NCBI RefSeq assembly: GCF_006345805.1
Contig: NC_042998.1
Location: 27,218,001 to 27,282,000, forward strand
DNA length: 64,000 bases
Origin: Octopus sinensis
Taxonomy: Eukaryota
Direction: 5' to 3'
Both the position numbers and the translations under genes were made by a program. Numbering within the stretch: position 1 is the first letter of the stretch; each line of letters starts with the position of its first letter. Of this stretch, positions 36,810-48,276 are shown piece by piece. The notes beneath the pieces are model-generated. The model searched no databases, was not told where the DNA came from, and saw nothing but the letters and a program-made list of their open reading frames with translations.

Positions 36810-37232
36810 ATTGTGGTATTGTTGCAACACTCAAAATGGTTTAAATTAAGATTTTTGATGAAATAAGAAGTAATATACTCAAGAATGCCATTGTTGACAA
36901 ATGGAATAAGATGGTAACGTTTATGAAATGATCCCAAGCAATCACAACCATTAGTATTGGGCGAATATGGACAAAAGACTGTTTATAAATCAACTTCCAT
37001 TCATTACATAATGTCTTTTCATGGTTTGATACTTGTAGCAATTACTGAAGAGTAAGAGATAAACTTCTGGAAATTCATGTGGTTTCAATTCCTCATTAAA
37101 GTTATTTCATTTTACTTTCACTGCTAATATCTTTCTTTTGCAAAAAGTACTGGATTTTACACATTTACTCATTTCTAAGAATGTAGAGTATTTGTAAATT
37201 AATGCAACAGATTTTTAAATGTTTAAAATATT

Positions 37233-37520
37233 TATTTCTTTATTGTCCACAGGGGGCTCAACATAGAAGGGACAAACAAGGACAGACAAAGGGATTAAGT
37301 CGGTTACATCGACTCCGAAAGGATGAAAGGCAAAGTCAACCTCGGCGGAATTTGAATTCAGAATGTAATGGCAGATGAAATACTGCTAAGCATTTCGCCC
37401 GGCGTGCTAACAATTATTTTTTACTCTAGGCACAAGGCCCGAAATTTTGGGGGAGGGGCCAGTCAATTAGACCGACTCCAGTATGCAACTGGTACTTACT
37501 TTATCAACCCCGAAAGGATC
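37233..37520 (-). mobile_element. SINE family A, two partial copies
   Basis: Reverse copy with an internal deletion, plus a variant 3' fragment. Confidence 0.75.
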
Positions 37521-37554
37521 TTTGTACTGCCTCTATGGCAAATGAAATGAAATA

Positions 37555-38148
37555 AAGTAGCTTGCTTACCAACTACATGGTTCTGGGTTCAGTTCCACTG
37601 CGTGACACCTTGGGCAAGTGTCTTCTACTATAGTCTCAGGCCAACCAAAGCCTTGTGAGTGGATTTGGTAGACAGAAACTGAAAGAAGCCCATCATATAT
37701 ATATATATATATATATAATCAAAATAGATTGCTCTACATTTTAAAACTTGCATTGTTCAATTAAATGGAGTCACATGAAACAATCGTACTGCATTACCTC
37801 TGAATATCCTTGTTGCTTATTTTGATTATAATCACCCCATTTTGAATTGTATGGATAATACCATACTAAATTCTGGTGCCTTTAACTTAAGTACCATATT
37901 CAACTGAATCTAAATTTTTACTGAACTTATATATGTATATATATATATATGTATGTATGTGTGTGTGGTGTGTGTATGTGTGTGTGTGTGTGTTTGTGTG
38001 TTTACTTCCCCGTAAATTAGCGGTTCGGCAAAAGAGGCCGATAGAATAAGTATTAGGTTTACAAAGAATAAGTCCTGGGGTTGATTCGTTTGACTAAAGG
38101 TGGTGCTCCAGCATAGCTGCAGTCAAATGACTGAAACAAATTAAAGAA
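37555..38148 (+). mobile_element. SINE family B with about 220 bp of unrelated sequence inside its microsatellite
   Basis: 5' part 37555-37700, 3' part 37930-38148. Confidence 0.8.
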
Positions 38149-38499
38149 TATTAGTTATAATAGTTATTTATATTTTCAACACATTTAAAAAAAAAAATTG
38201 TCAAAATTAGAACATGATTCGTATGAGAAGAAACGTAACTGATGATGTGCCAAAATTCGACATAATTTTGTTATATAAGTTTTCACATTCTTTGGTAGTT
38301 TCCATAAAAATTCAACATAGTGGGTAAATAAACTGCTGCATAGATTTAGCTTCTGTTTGATGAAAATAACCTAGATTTATTTATTTTTTATTTTCCTTCA
38401 AAATGTGTGAAAGGCAATGGGTTTGAAAACAACATCCATTGAAGAAGAGCACTGAGCTATGAACATTTGAGTACTTCTAACCTACATAATTTACTTACA

Positions 38500-39016
38500 A
38501 ACTCTTCCACCAAACCTTAGTCATAATTTATGTTTCAAACACTAGCTTAATGATAACTAAGTCATTTTACTTTGTTATATTCAGAATGAGCAAAACGCCC
38601 CCTGTCCAATGGACGGTGCTGAGTTGTCAAACATTTAAACCAAATTTTCTCAAAACAACTTGTCCGACCGTCCCATAAGCCTCCCCTTTGAGAAACACCG
38701 ATTTAACCTAAATTTGAGACACCAGCAAAAGAAGAAATAAAGATAGACTTTTTTTTCTATTCCAAAGAAAAACGATTTCCCACGGCTTTATCGATCGCAT
38801 TCTCACCTGGAATCGATTTTTGTAATGTTTTCAAGATTTATACATGCCCTGATACTGTCGGTATCTACACATCAAATTTGAGCGCAATCGGATGGAGGAT
38901 GCCCGAGATCCTAGAGGCCACACACACACACAAACAGACAGTATGGATTTTATATAAGAAATTAATTGAAAGAAACAGAGAGTATCTCAACAGAAATATC
39001 ATATCAAAAGGGTTAA
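38500..39016 (-). mobile_element. TTAA MITE family A, truncated and split by the 38587-38960 insertion
   Basis: Halves at about 38500-38586 and 38961-39016 match the reverse complement of 28194-28340. Confidence 0.75.
38587..38960 (-). mobile_element. Helitron/Helentron-like non-autonomous element inserted in a TTAA MITE
   Basis: Minus strand begins TTCTTATATAAAATCCATACTGTCTGTTTGTGTG and has a terminal GTCC-ATT-GGAC hairpin. No TSD. It splits a MITE whose halves rejoin as CAGAA/TTAATTGAAAG. Confidence 0.5.
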
Positions 39017-39167
39017 AGAGTGCACTGGGTGCTCTGTATGTGGCATTAGCACTGGTACTTTGTATGTGGTACCAAGTAAATTGCAAGACAATAAGCCCTC
39101 AACTGGGAGATGAAGAAGCACTGAAGGGAGTGTCTTTGTGCAGGTTAAGAGATTAACACTTTAGCAT

Positions 39168-39396
39168 TTAACCTTTTTGATACCAACCCGGCTGAAACCA
39201 CCTCTGGCTCTGTAGTACAAATGTCTTGTTTTCATAAGTTTTGAATTAAAATCTTCCACCAAACCTTAGTCACAATTTATGTTCCTAACACTAGCTTAAT
39301 GATAACTAAGTCATTTTACTAAATTCTTTGTTATATGTAAAATAATTGAAAGAAACACGGAGCATCTCAAAATAAATACAGTAATGAAAGGGTTAA
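39168..39396 (-). mobile_element. TTAA MITE family A
   Basis: Reverse complement of 27813-28042, TTAA at both ends. Confidence 0.88.
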
Positions 39397-39449
39397 TTGT
39401 AATTGAAATTGGACATGGCGTAGGGAAATTTTGGAGATTAAGGGAAGGT

Positions 39450-40530
39450 AAATGTTGGTTTCAAATTTTGGCGCAAGGCCAGTAATTTTGGAGGAGTGGG
39501 TAAGTTGATTATATCAACCCCAGTGCTCAACTGGTATTTATTTTATCAACCCAGAAAGGATGAAAGGCAAAGTTGACTCTGGTTGAATTTGAACTCAGAA
39601 CGTAAAGTCAGGTAAAAAAATGCCACTTAGCATTTTTACCCAGCATGTTAATGATTCTGCCAGCTCAATGCTTTAATAATGATAATAATAAAAATAACAA
39701 CAACAACAACAATAATTTCAAATTTTGGCTCAAGGCCAGCATTTTCAGGTGGGGGATGGGGGTAATTCAATTATTTCACCCCCAGTGCTCAACTGATATT
39801 TTATTGATCCAGAAAGGATAAAAGGTGAAGTTGACCCCAGTGGAATTTGAGCTCCGAATGGGAAGTCAGAAGACATGCCACTTAGCATTTTCTCATGAAC
39901 ATTAACGATTCTGCCAGCTTGACGGCTTAAAGTGGGGATGAACATATTGGAAATATATACTCTATATGACCTTGATGCCAGAATTAATTAGTTTTAAACT
40001 GTTTAATCCGTTCCAAAGATAATTAATTTCTTTTACTTGGATTTATAATACACCAGTAATCTATTTCAAACAATAATTTATATCTTTATAAGGCGGTGAG
40101 CTGGCACAAATGTTAGCATGCTGGGTGAAATTCTTAGCAGTATTTTGTCTGTCTTTACATTCTGAGTTCAAATTCTGCCGAGGTCAACTTTGCCTTTCAT
40201 CCTTTTGGGGTCGATAAATTAAGTACTAGTTGCATACTGGGGTCGATCTAATCGACTGGTCACCCTCCCCCAAAATTTTGGGCCTTGTGCCTCGAGTAGA
40301 AAAGAATATAGAAGGCAGTGAGCTGGCAGAAATGTTAGCATGCTGGACAAAATGCTTAGCACTATTTCTTCTGTCTTTATGTTCTGAGTTCAAATTCCGC
40401 TGTGGTTGACTTTGCCTTTCATCATTTTGGGGTCGATAAATTAAGTACAAGTTGCATACTGGGGTCAATCATAGCGATTGGCTCCCTCCCCCCAAATTTC
40501 AGGTCTTGTGCCAAGAGTAGAAAAGAATAA
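39450..40530. mobile_element. Cluster of four family A SINEs (two on -, then two on +)
   Basis: Copies at about 39450-39670 (-), 39715-39925 (-), 40090-40305 (+) and 40310-40530 (+). Confidence 0.8.
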
Positions 40531-40805
40531 TTCATATATTGTTCTTTTTATTTGTTTCAGTCATGTGACGGGGCCCCCCTGGGTCACCACCTTAAATTTT
40601 CAGTTGAATGAATCGACTCCAGTACTTATTTTTTAAGCCTGGTACTTATTTTAGCAGTCTCTTTTGCTGAATCACTAAGTTACGGGATGCAAACACACTA
40701 ACACCAGTTGTGAAGCGCTGGTAAGCATGGACAGAAAGACACACACATAGATATCCATGCATGCATACATACATACATACATACATACATACATAGAAAT
40801 ATATA

Positions 40806-41120
40806 TCATCATCATCATCATCATCATTTAACGTCCGCTTTCCATGCTAGCATTGTTTGGACGATTTGACTGAGGACTGGCAAACCAGTTGGCTGCACCA
40901 GGCTTCAATCTGCTCTGGCAGAGTTTCTACAGCTGGATGCCCTTCCTAACGGCAATGACGTCGCTTGAATGTTTTTTCACGTGCCAGTAAGGCGACACTG
41001 GTAACAATCACGCTCAAATGGTGCTTTTTATGTACCACTGGCACGGAAGCCAGTCAGCTGCTCCGGCAACGATCACACTCGGATGGTGCTCTTAGCGCTC
41101 CACTAGCATGGATGCCAGTC
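40806..41120 (-). mobile_element. Family C. Further copies at about 10830-11040 (-), 16225-16387 (+), 19320-19378 (-) and 20452-20630 (-)
   Basis: (CAT)n plus consensus. Confidence 0.85.
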
Positions 41121-41138
41121 ATATATATATATATGTAT

Positions 41139-41504
41139 AAAGTTAATCCAAACAAGAAAGCACAAAAAAACACAACAACGCGAGGACATGGAACAAATAA
41201 AGTATTATTGGACGCTCAGGAAAGAAGGAAAAAAGAAGGGTTTAACGTTTCAAGTGGAGCTCTTCGTCGGAAACATAGGAGAAGGAAAGATCCAGAGAAG
41301 GGAAGACAGAGGAAAAAAATCGCCAACGGTACACACGAGAGTTAAAGTTAATCCAAACATGAAAACACAAAGAGAAAACACAACAACGCAAGGACGTGGA
41401 ACAAGTATAGTGTTATTGGACATTCAGGAAAGGAAACAAAGAAGGAGGACTTAATGTTTTGAGCGGAGCTCTTCGTCAGAAACATAGGAAAAGGAAAGAT
41501 CCAG
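41139..41504 (-). mobile_element. Penelope/retrozyme-like tandem repeat (205-bp unit, 1.8 copies)
   Basis: Direct repeats start AAAGTTAATCCAAAC at 41139 and 41344. Each unit carries a C(T/C)GACGA-A-GAGC-TCC-(G/A)CT(C/T)-(G/A)AAAC motif on the minus strand. Confidence 0.7.
41240..41274 (-). ncRNA. Minimal type I hammerhead ribozyme-like motif (degenerate)
   Basis: GUUU-CCGACGA-A-GAGCUCCACUU-GAAAC-GUU-AAAC: stem I GUUU/AAAC, core with U4C, weakened stem II, palindromic ACGU stem III. Confidence 0.55.
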
Positions 41505-42771
41505 GCTTCTTTCAGTTTTTGTCTACTAAATCCACTCACAAGGCTTTTTGTCAGCCTGAGGCCATAGTAGAAGACACTTGTCCAAGTTGCCATGCAGTGG
41601 GACTGAACCTAGAACCATGTGGTTGGGAAGCAATCATCTTACCACACAGCCACACTTACGCCATAGAATGACATTGTAGAGTAGGCTGAGAGGCAGGATC
41701 TGGTATGTTTGCCCATAAAATAGGTAGAATATTCAACTTGGATTTGGTTTGGTTTAAATATTAAAGAGTTAAACAGATGCATATCCTTCACTTTGACCAT
41801 TCAGTTTTCTTACAGTAAAAGATCTCAGACTATTGAGTATCCTATCTGCTGCTAATTTTCTTTCCCATTATAGAAATAATTTCTATCTATAGACACTCTT
41901 CATTTACTCACTTTTTTTTATTCAAATATGGCACTGAAAATAAAACAAGGAGAATCAATATTATTTTGAAATATTTATAATGAAATATTATGTTTCTAAG
42001 CTACACAATGAACTAATTTTTAAATATAAATATGTAAAACAACACTATAAATTACACCTTTTCTTGTCATTTATTTCTGTATTTATGCAGTGAAGGTCAG
42101 TAATTTATTATTCCAAACAGTAAGACAGTTAGGTATTTGTTTTTTTACTCATTCTTTCATTAAGGCATTTTTCGTTTTATTTATTTCACATTAGTAGTAC
42201 AGCTATTTTCTAAATTTTCCAATGGAAATCATTCCATCAAAAGAAAGAAAAAAACCCATAAAAGTGAGCAGCTATTTCTTCAATTTATAAATAGTAGAAA
42301 AAAAACATCACAAATGAGAAATAATAGCGGATTCCAAATAGACTGCATTCAGAAATACTTACATAGCAAATTACTTACTCATCATATCATTATTTGTACC
42401 TAATTGTTTACAAATTTCAAAAGCCTAATTTGTAATTTAATTTATGGATTGCTAATAAGATTAAGTATCAAAATAGTTTTAAAATATTTTGTTTTTACTT
42501 CATTTATTATTTTTTTTCCAAGTTAGCAGATGGAAGAATAATTTCCTATATACAGTTAGATGTAATATCAATTTAAAAATGCATATGTGAACAAGGAAAA
42601 TAGAAAAACTACCTGAATTTTACACATATTTACAAATATAACATAAATGTATTTTGTAGAAGAACACCTGTCTTCAATTAAAATATATGTTCATATACCA
42701 AACTTGGCTCACAAACGTAATAAATCATAATTTATTTGCCACTCCCATTTAATAAGAATTAAGTACACTTT

Positions 42772-43174
42772 TTACTCTTTTACTCTTTTACTTGTTTCAG
42801 TCATTTGACTGCAGCCATGCTGGAGCACCGCCTTTAATCGAGCAACTCGACCCCGGGAATTATTCTTTTGTAAGCCCAGTACTTATTCTATCAGTCTCTT
42901 TTGCCGAACTGCTAAGTAACGGGGACATAAACAAACCAGCATCGGTTGTCAAGCAATGCTAGGGGGACAAACACAGACACACAAACACACATACGCATAT
43001 ATATACATATATACGACAGGCTTCTTTCAGTTTCCGTCTACCAGATCCACTCACAAGGCTTTGGTCGGCTCGAGGCTATAGTAGAAGACACTTGCCCAAG
43101 GTGCCACGCAGTGGGACTGAACCCGGAACCATGTGGTTGGTAGACAAGCTACTTACCACACAGCCACTCCTGCA
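42772..43174 (-). mobile_element. Young SINE family B
   Basis: Full length, (TTTTACTC)n tail seen on the + strand. Confidence 0.9.
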
Positions 43175-43227
43175 CCTATTACCATGTGGAATTTCTAATT
43201 TAGAAGTTGCTACTTAAAAATTAGTGT

Positions 43228-44021
43228 TTAACCCTTTAGTATTCGCATTACTTTGTCAAATGTAAGTTTTATTTATTCACATTGTTTTCAACTAATCATT
43301 TATCATCTTTTAGCATTGAGATTTCAATGATGTGATTGTACTGGGTTGTCCAGAAAGTTCGTGCCAATTTTTAAAGGAAAGAAAAAGGTCAATAAGTACT
43401 TGCCATTACATTTTTAATCAACCAAATACGAACCATTTTGTTGCACAATGCATCTCCATCTTTCCTTTAACTTGAAAATACCCTCTTCCCAGAATTGAGG
43501 TGGTTTCATGGCAAAGAATTCCTCAAAGTATTTTTTTTACGTCAACCAAGGAATTGAAATTTTTACCATTAAGACTATTCTGCAAAGACCTGAAAAAGTG
43601 GAAATCCAAAGGAGCAATATCTGGTGAATATGGAGGGTCGGGTAACACATCCCAGCCAAGCTGCAGCAATTTTTGTCTGGTTCCCAAATCATCAAGTGCC
43701 GAAAATGAACTTTCTTATCTTCCATTTTAAAGGGTTACAGAATTAACAGGTTATAGGAACATAAACCTTCTTCCACGAAAAGATAGCTTAAACTGTGCTT
43801 TAAATGGAGGTGTAGTCAAATCCTATTTTATGGACTCAACCATGTTCTAAAATAAGTCGAAAGGTAAGCTACTATAAGTCGGCACAAACTTTCCAGACAA
43901 CCCAATATATTTTCAAAATGACATTGTAGAGTAAATGTGATAGGCAGGATCTGGTCAGTCTGAACATAAAACAGGTAAAATATTTGGTTTCAGGTGGCTG
44001 GATTCAATGCTAAAGTGTTAA
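43228..44021. mobile_element. TTAA MITE family B, host of the mariner insertion
   Basis: TTAACCCTTTAGTATT...AATGCTAAAGTGTTAA. The two halves flank the mariner at a TA. Confidence 0.75.
43341..43905 (-). mobile_element. Internally deleted mariner element
   Basis: TA-flanked TIRs (CTGGGTTGTCCAGAAAGTTCGTGCC / GGCACAAACTTTCCAGACAACCCAA). N-terminal MEDKKVHFRHLM is joined directly to C-terminal TRQKLLQLGWDVLPDPPYSPDIAPLDFHFFRSLQN (YSPDIAP mariner motif). Confidence 0.92.
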
Positions 44022-44386
44022 ACAGTTTAGTTTCAGGTATATTTTAAATTCCCATCCTCAGTCAGTTAAGCTGCTTCTTTTTTCATTTTATATCGTTCTT
44101 ACACTTAAAATTTGTTTTTATACACTTTGATATCCATTTTGTCATGCTAGCATGGGTTTGAACAGGGATTTACTTAAGGCGGTGTTTTCATGGATAGAAA
44201 CTCTTATTGCCAACCCTTACCTGTTTTTCATGGAAGAAATGTTTTTTATTGTATGGATCTTCAAAAAGTGCAAAGCAACTGGTCATAATGTCAGCAAAGA
44301 ATGTAAGAATCATTCACCATTTCACTCAAAGGCATAAGTTGTCAACATCTGCATACATTTGTGGATGCACACACATGCACACACGC

Positions 44387-44417
<31 letters not shown>

Positions 44418-44419
44418 GA

Positions 44420-44600
44420 TAGTGTGAATACAATGGACAATAAAAAAGATGACACGGGAGAGACAAGGTTTAACAAATATAGCATTAGCTTAATGTTTTA
44501 ATGGAAAGAGAAAGTGTGTTAATATTTTGGACATTAGTCCTTCATCAGAAGTAAAAGAAAAACATAGAGGAAGTGAGAAAAGGGTAGAATCAGAGAGAGA
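44420..44600 (-). mobile_element. Decayed Penelope-type terminal repeat fragment with a hammerhead-like remnant
   Basis: Minus strand CTGATGA-A-GGAC-TAAT-GTCC-AAAAT-ATT at about 44519-44548. Confidence 0.45.
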
Positions 44601-44603
44601 GAA

Positions 44604-44675
44604 AAGAAGAAGAAGAAGAAGAAGAAGAAGAAGAAGAAGAAGAAGAAGAAGAAGAAGAAGAAGAAGAAGAAGAAG
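44604..44675. repeat. (AGA)n microsatellite
   Basis: Pure trinucleotide run. Confidence 0.95.
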
Positions 44676-45534
44676 GGTTAAAAAAAAACAGCTGTGAAGG
44701 TGATGCTATAGGGTGAAGTTAAGAAGGGAAGAGTATATGTGATTTCCCACAATTTCCATATATGAAGTTCACTGAAAAAGCATTGGTAAACCTGGGGTTA
44801 AAGAAGAAGGCCCTTGCATGAAGCAATGCACTGAGGGCCTAAACCTAAAACTACATGAACGCAAAGCAAACTTCTTAACCTCTATTATGCCTGCACCTAT
44901 CAACATTTTGTTGACCTTAGTAGCTCACTAGAATTTGAAGCATGGTCATTTATCTACTCAACTTGACATAGAGAATAACTTCTAATTATACTTCAAAATG
45001 TACACATTTTAAGAAAATAAATAACTTCGTGGGAAATAATCCATACTTTAATTGTATTAGGCAACTTTTATCTTTTACTTGTTTCAGTCATGACTGTGGC
45101 CATGCTGGGGCACTCCATTGAAGAATTTTTAATTGAATGAATCAACCCCCAGTATGTTTTTTTTATAAGCCAGGTACTTATTCTGTTAGTCTCTTTTGCC
45201 TAACTGCTAAGTTACAGAGTCATAAACTCACCAACACTAGTTATCAAGCAGTGGTGGGGACAGATACACAGACACACACATACACACACACACATGCATA
45301 TATATATATATATATATAAGGTCCTGGTGGGGTATAAAAATAGGATATTTCCAATGCAGCACCCAAATTGAGTTCTGCACTATCAACACTGAAGAATTCC
45401 AGATTAATATTGAAATTGTTTAGGTGTAGAAAATCCTGGTTTTGTGGTAGTAAAACCGTTATGAGGGTTTAAGCAAAGAGTAAAATATATTCCAAATAGT
45501 AAGACAAAGAAATGATTATTTCTTTATCTTATTA

Positions 45535-45926
45535 CTAGCAGTATTGCCCGGCGTTGCTCGGGTTTGTTTTGACCCTTTAGAATTGAAATTTTTGAAAAGT
45601 AAAAATTTTGCATTATGTAGCTTGTTATTCTCTTTAAGTGAACATTTTTCTGGTTGAAATACACTGAAAAATGGCGACACGGCAGTCAAAAAAATCGTTA
45701 AAAAATAGGGATTTTTATAGAAAAAAAGCACCTTTTTGATGTAAATAATTTTTGGTGTTAACATGGTCCAATTTGAATTTTTTCTTCTACGGAATGAAGA
45801 GCAAGCCGTCTTCTACCATACTCTCAATTTTGGTCAACTTGTGCTGCAGGGTCTCAGAGGAGATAGTGTTAGTTGAAGGCTACCAAACCTGCCACACAGA
45901 CAACTTCAGCTTTATATATATAGAGA
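45535..45926 (-). mobile_element. Non-autonomous Helitron, copy 3
   Basis: Reverse-strand copy with A|TC start, CCCGAGCAACGCCGGG hairpin and CTAG|T end. Confidence 0.85.
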
Positions 45927-47001
45927 TTTCTTTGTCTCACTGTTTGGATCATACTCACTCACACACACACACATATACACAATGGACTTTTTTCAGTTGC
46001 TGTTTACCAAATCCGCTCACAAAGCTTTGGTCAGCTTGAGGCTATAACAAGGTATTTGCTCAAGTGTCACACAGTGGGACTGAACCCAAAACCATGTGGT
46101 TGGGAAGCAAGCTTCTTACCACAAAATTCCTTTGTGAAACATTGAGAAACTTTTATTCTAATATATTATTTTAATTCAATAAAGTTCCATTGAAAAATCC
46201 CGTATTTGCTTTGTAATTGTTCATATTTCCCCCTCAATTTTACCTTTATTTTGACAATGTAATCGTAACAGTGATACCAGCCAGTTGATTTGGCAAAAAC
46301 AGATACATTACAAAAATAATTTAAACTTTATATGCTAGTTGTATTAGTTCAAAAGTCAAGAAGCCTAAACAGAAAATGGCAATTTGTAAAAACATGTCCA
46401 TTATTATATTTTATATGTTTTTACATGAAATAAATGTGCAAAGGATAAAACTCTTTTGAAAATACGATTGTAAGTATAAGGAAAATTTAATTAAAATTCA
46501 TTCTATGAGCTCATTTATTCTTCAATTACTTTTTCATTCTTTCTTTTTCTATATTTTTAAAGATAAAAATTTTGAGATAACATTTTTATTACTGTATTTG
46601 ATTTTAAATAATTGCTAATTCCTGAAATCTTTGACCTTAGAAATATATCTAGCACATTGTCTCAAGGGTGTTATGATTATAGAATTAGAATTTGCTTAAT
46701 TACAATTAGGCTGGTGACTCAATTTTATTTTGTTCTTTGTTTTAAAACTTCAAATTTCTTTCACTCATCTAAAGTTGATAAAATAGATTGTTGAAATTGA
46801 TAATCAAACTGAAAAAGGTGTTGAATTCACGTTCTTTTTACCTTGAAGTTTAACTCTAATCTTGCTTTAGTATCTCGCTATAAAGATTGCGTATCATATT
46901 CAGTGAAAAAGTAATATTTCAAAGCTATCAACAATTTGGATTTGCTTAATTCATGAAAACAAAATCTGAAAAGAAAGGTGAAAAAAAATTCTAAAATTTG
47001 T

Positions 47002-47215
47002 ATCACCCTTTAAACATTCAGATTTCTTTGTCAAATCTAATGCTTATTTATTCACATTGTTTTGAATTAATCATGCATTATATCATAGCTTTGAAATTTC
47101 AATGATGTATTTCTTTATTTTAAGAAATACATGGTAGGTTAGACATGAGAGGCTGGATTTGGCTAGGTAGAATATTTGAGGACAAATATGGCTGCTTTAA
47201 ATGTCAAAGAGTTAA
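47002..47215. mobile_element. TTAA MITE family B, diverged
   Basis: Colinear with 43228-43340 plus 43906-44021. A further partial copy lies at about 41665-41775. Confidence 0.65.
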
Positions 47216-47419
47216 AAGCTGTTACTTGAAATGAATACTGCTGCAATATCTTTCAGATAAATAAATTTGATAAAAAATAAAATAATTTGTTTTTTTACAA
47301 TTGTACTTTGGTTAACTTAAATATCCTCTTATCAATAGATTCGTAAGTCTTTATTTTTATGAATGAAGGTCAAGTCATTTCAAAAGAATCCGTTTCTCTT
47401 CATGTATTGAACCATACTT

Positions 47420-47627
47420 GTTTCAGTCATTTGACTGCAGCCATGCTGGAGCACCGCCTTTAGTCAAGCAAATCAATCCCAGGACTTATTCTTTGTAAGC
47501 CTAGCACTTATTCTATCTGCCTCTTTTGCCGAACCCCTAAATTACGGGGATGTAAACACACCAGCATTGATTGTCAAGTGATGTTGGGGGGGGGGACACA
47601 AACACAGACACACAAATATATACACAC

Positions 47628-47707
<80 letters not shown>

Positions 47708-47820
47708 AGACGGGCTTCTTTTAGATTCCGTCTACCAAATCCACTCACAAAGCTTTGGTCGACCCGAGGCTATAGTAGAAGACACTTGCCCAAGGTGCCA
47801 CGCAATGGGACTGAACCCAT
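47420..47820 (-). mobile_element. SINE family B
   Basis: Near full-length reverse copy. Confidence 0.85.
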
Positions 47821-48084
47821 GCGCCCTGCAATTTTAAGAGACAGGAGCAAAACAAGAGTTTTAGTATTCATACATTTTCAAATGAAGCAAAATAACATAT
47901 TTTCCAGTATACAAGTTGATGCAGGATATAGTGTAAACATGTCACGTGACATTTTCATTGTACAATTGTTTTTGTTTTTTAGTTTTGTTTTTTTTTCTTT
48001 TCTTTTCTTCCTTGTTTTTGTAATTTTAATCTTCTCATCATTTCTCTCATTCTCTTTCCAGTTATTATTATTATTATTACTTTT

Positions 48085-48197
48085 GGGGTCGATAAATAAA
48101 GTACCAGTTTTGCACTGGGGTTGATGTAATCGACTTAATCCATTTGTCTGTCCTTGTTTGTCCCCTCTATGTTTAGCTCCTTGTGGACTGTAAAGAA

Positions 48198-48200
<3 letters not shown>
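48085..48200 (+). mobile_element. SINE family A, 3' half, followed by (AAT)n/(TAT)n
   Basis: Core and 3' end present. Confidence 0.75.
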
Positions 48201-48276
<76 letters not shown>

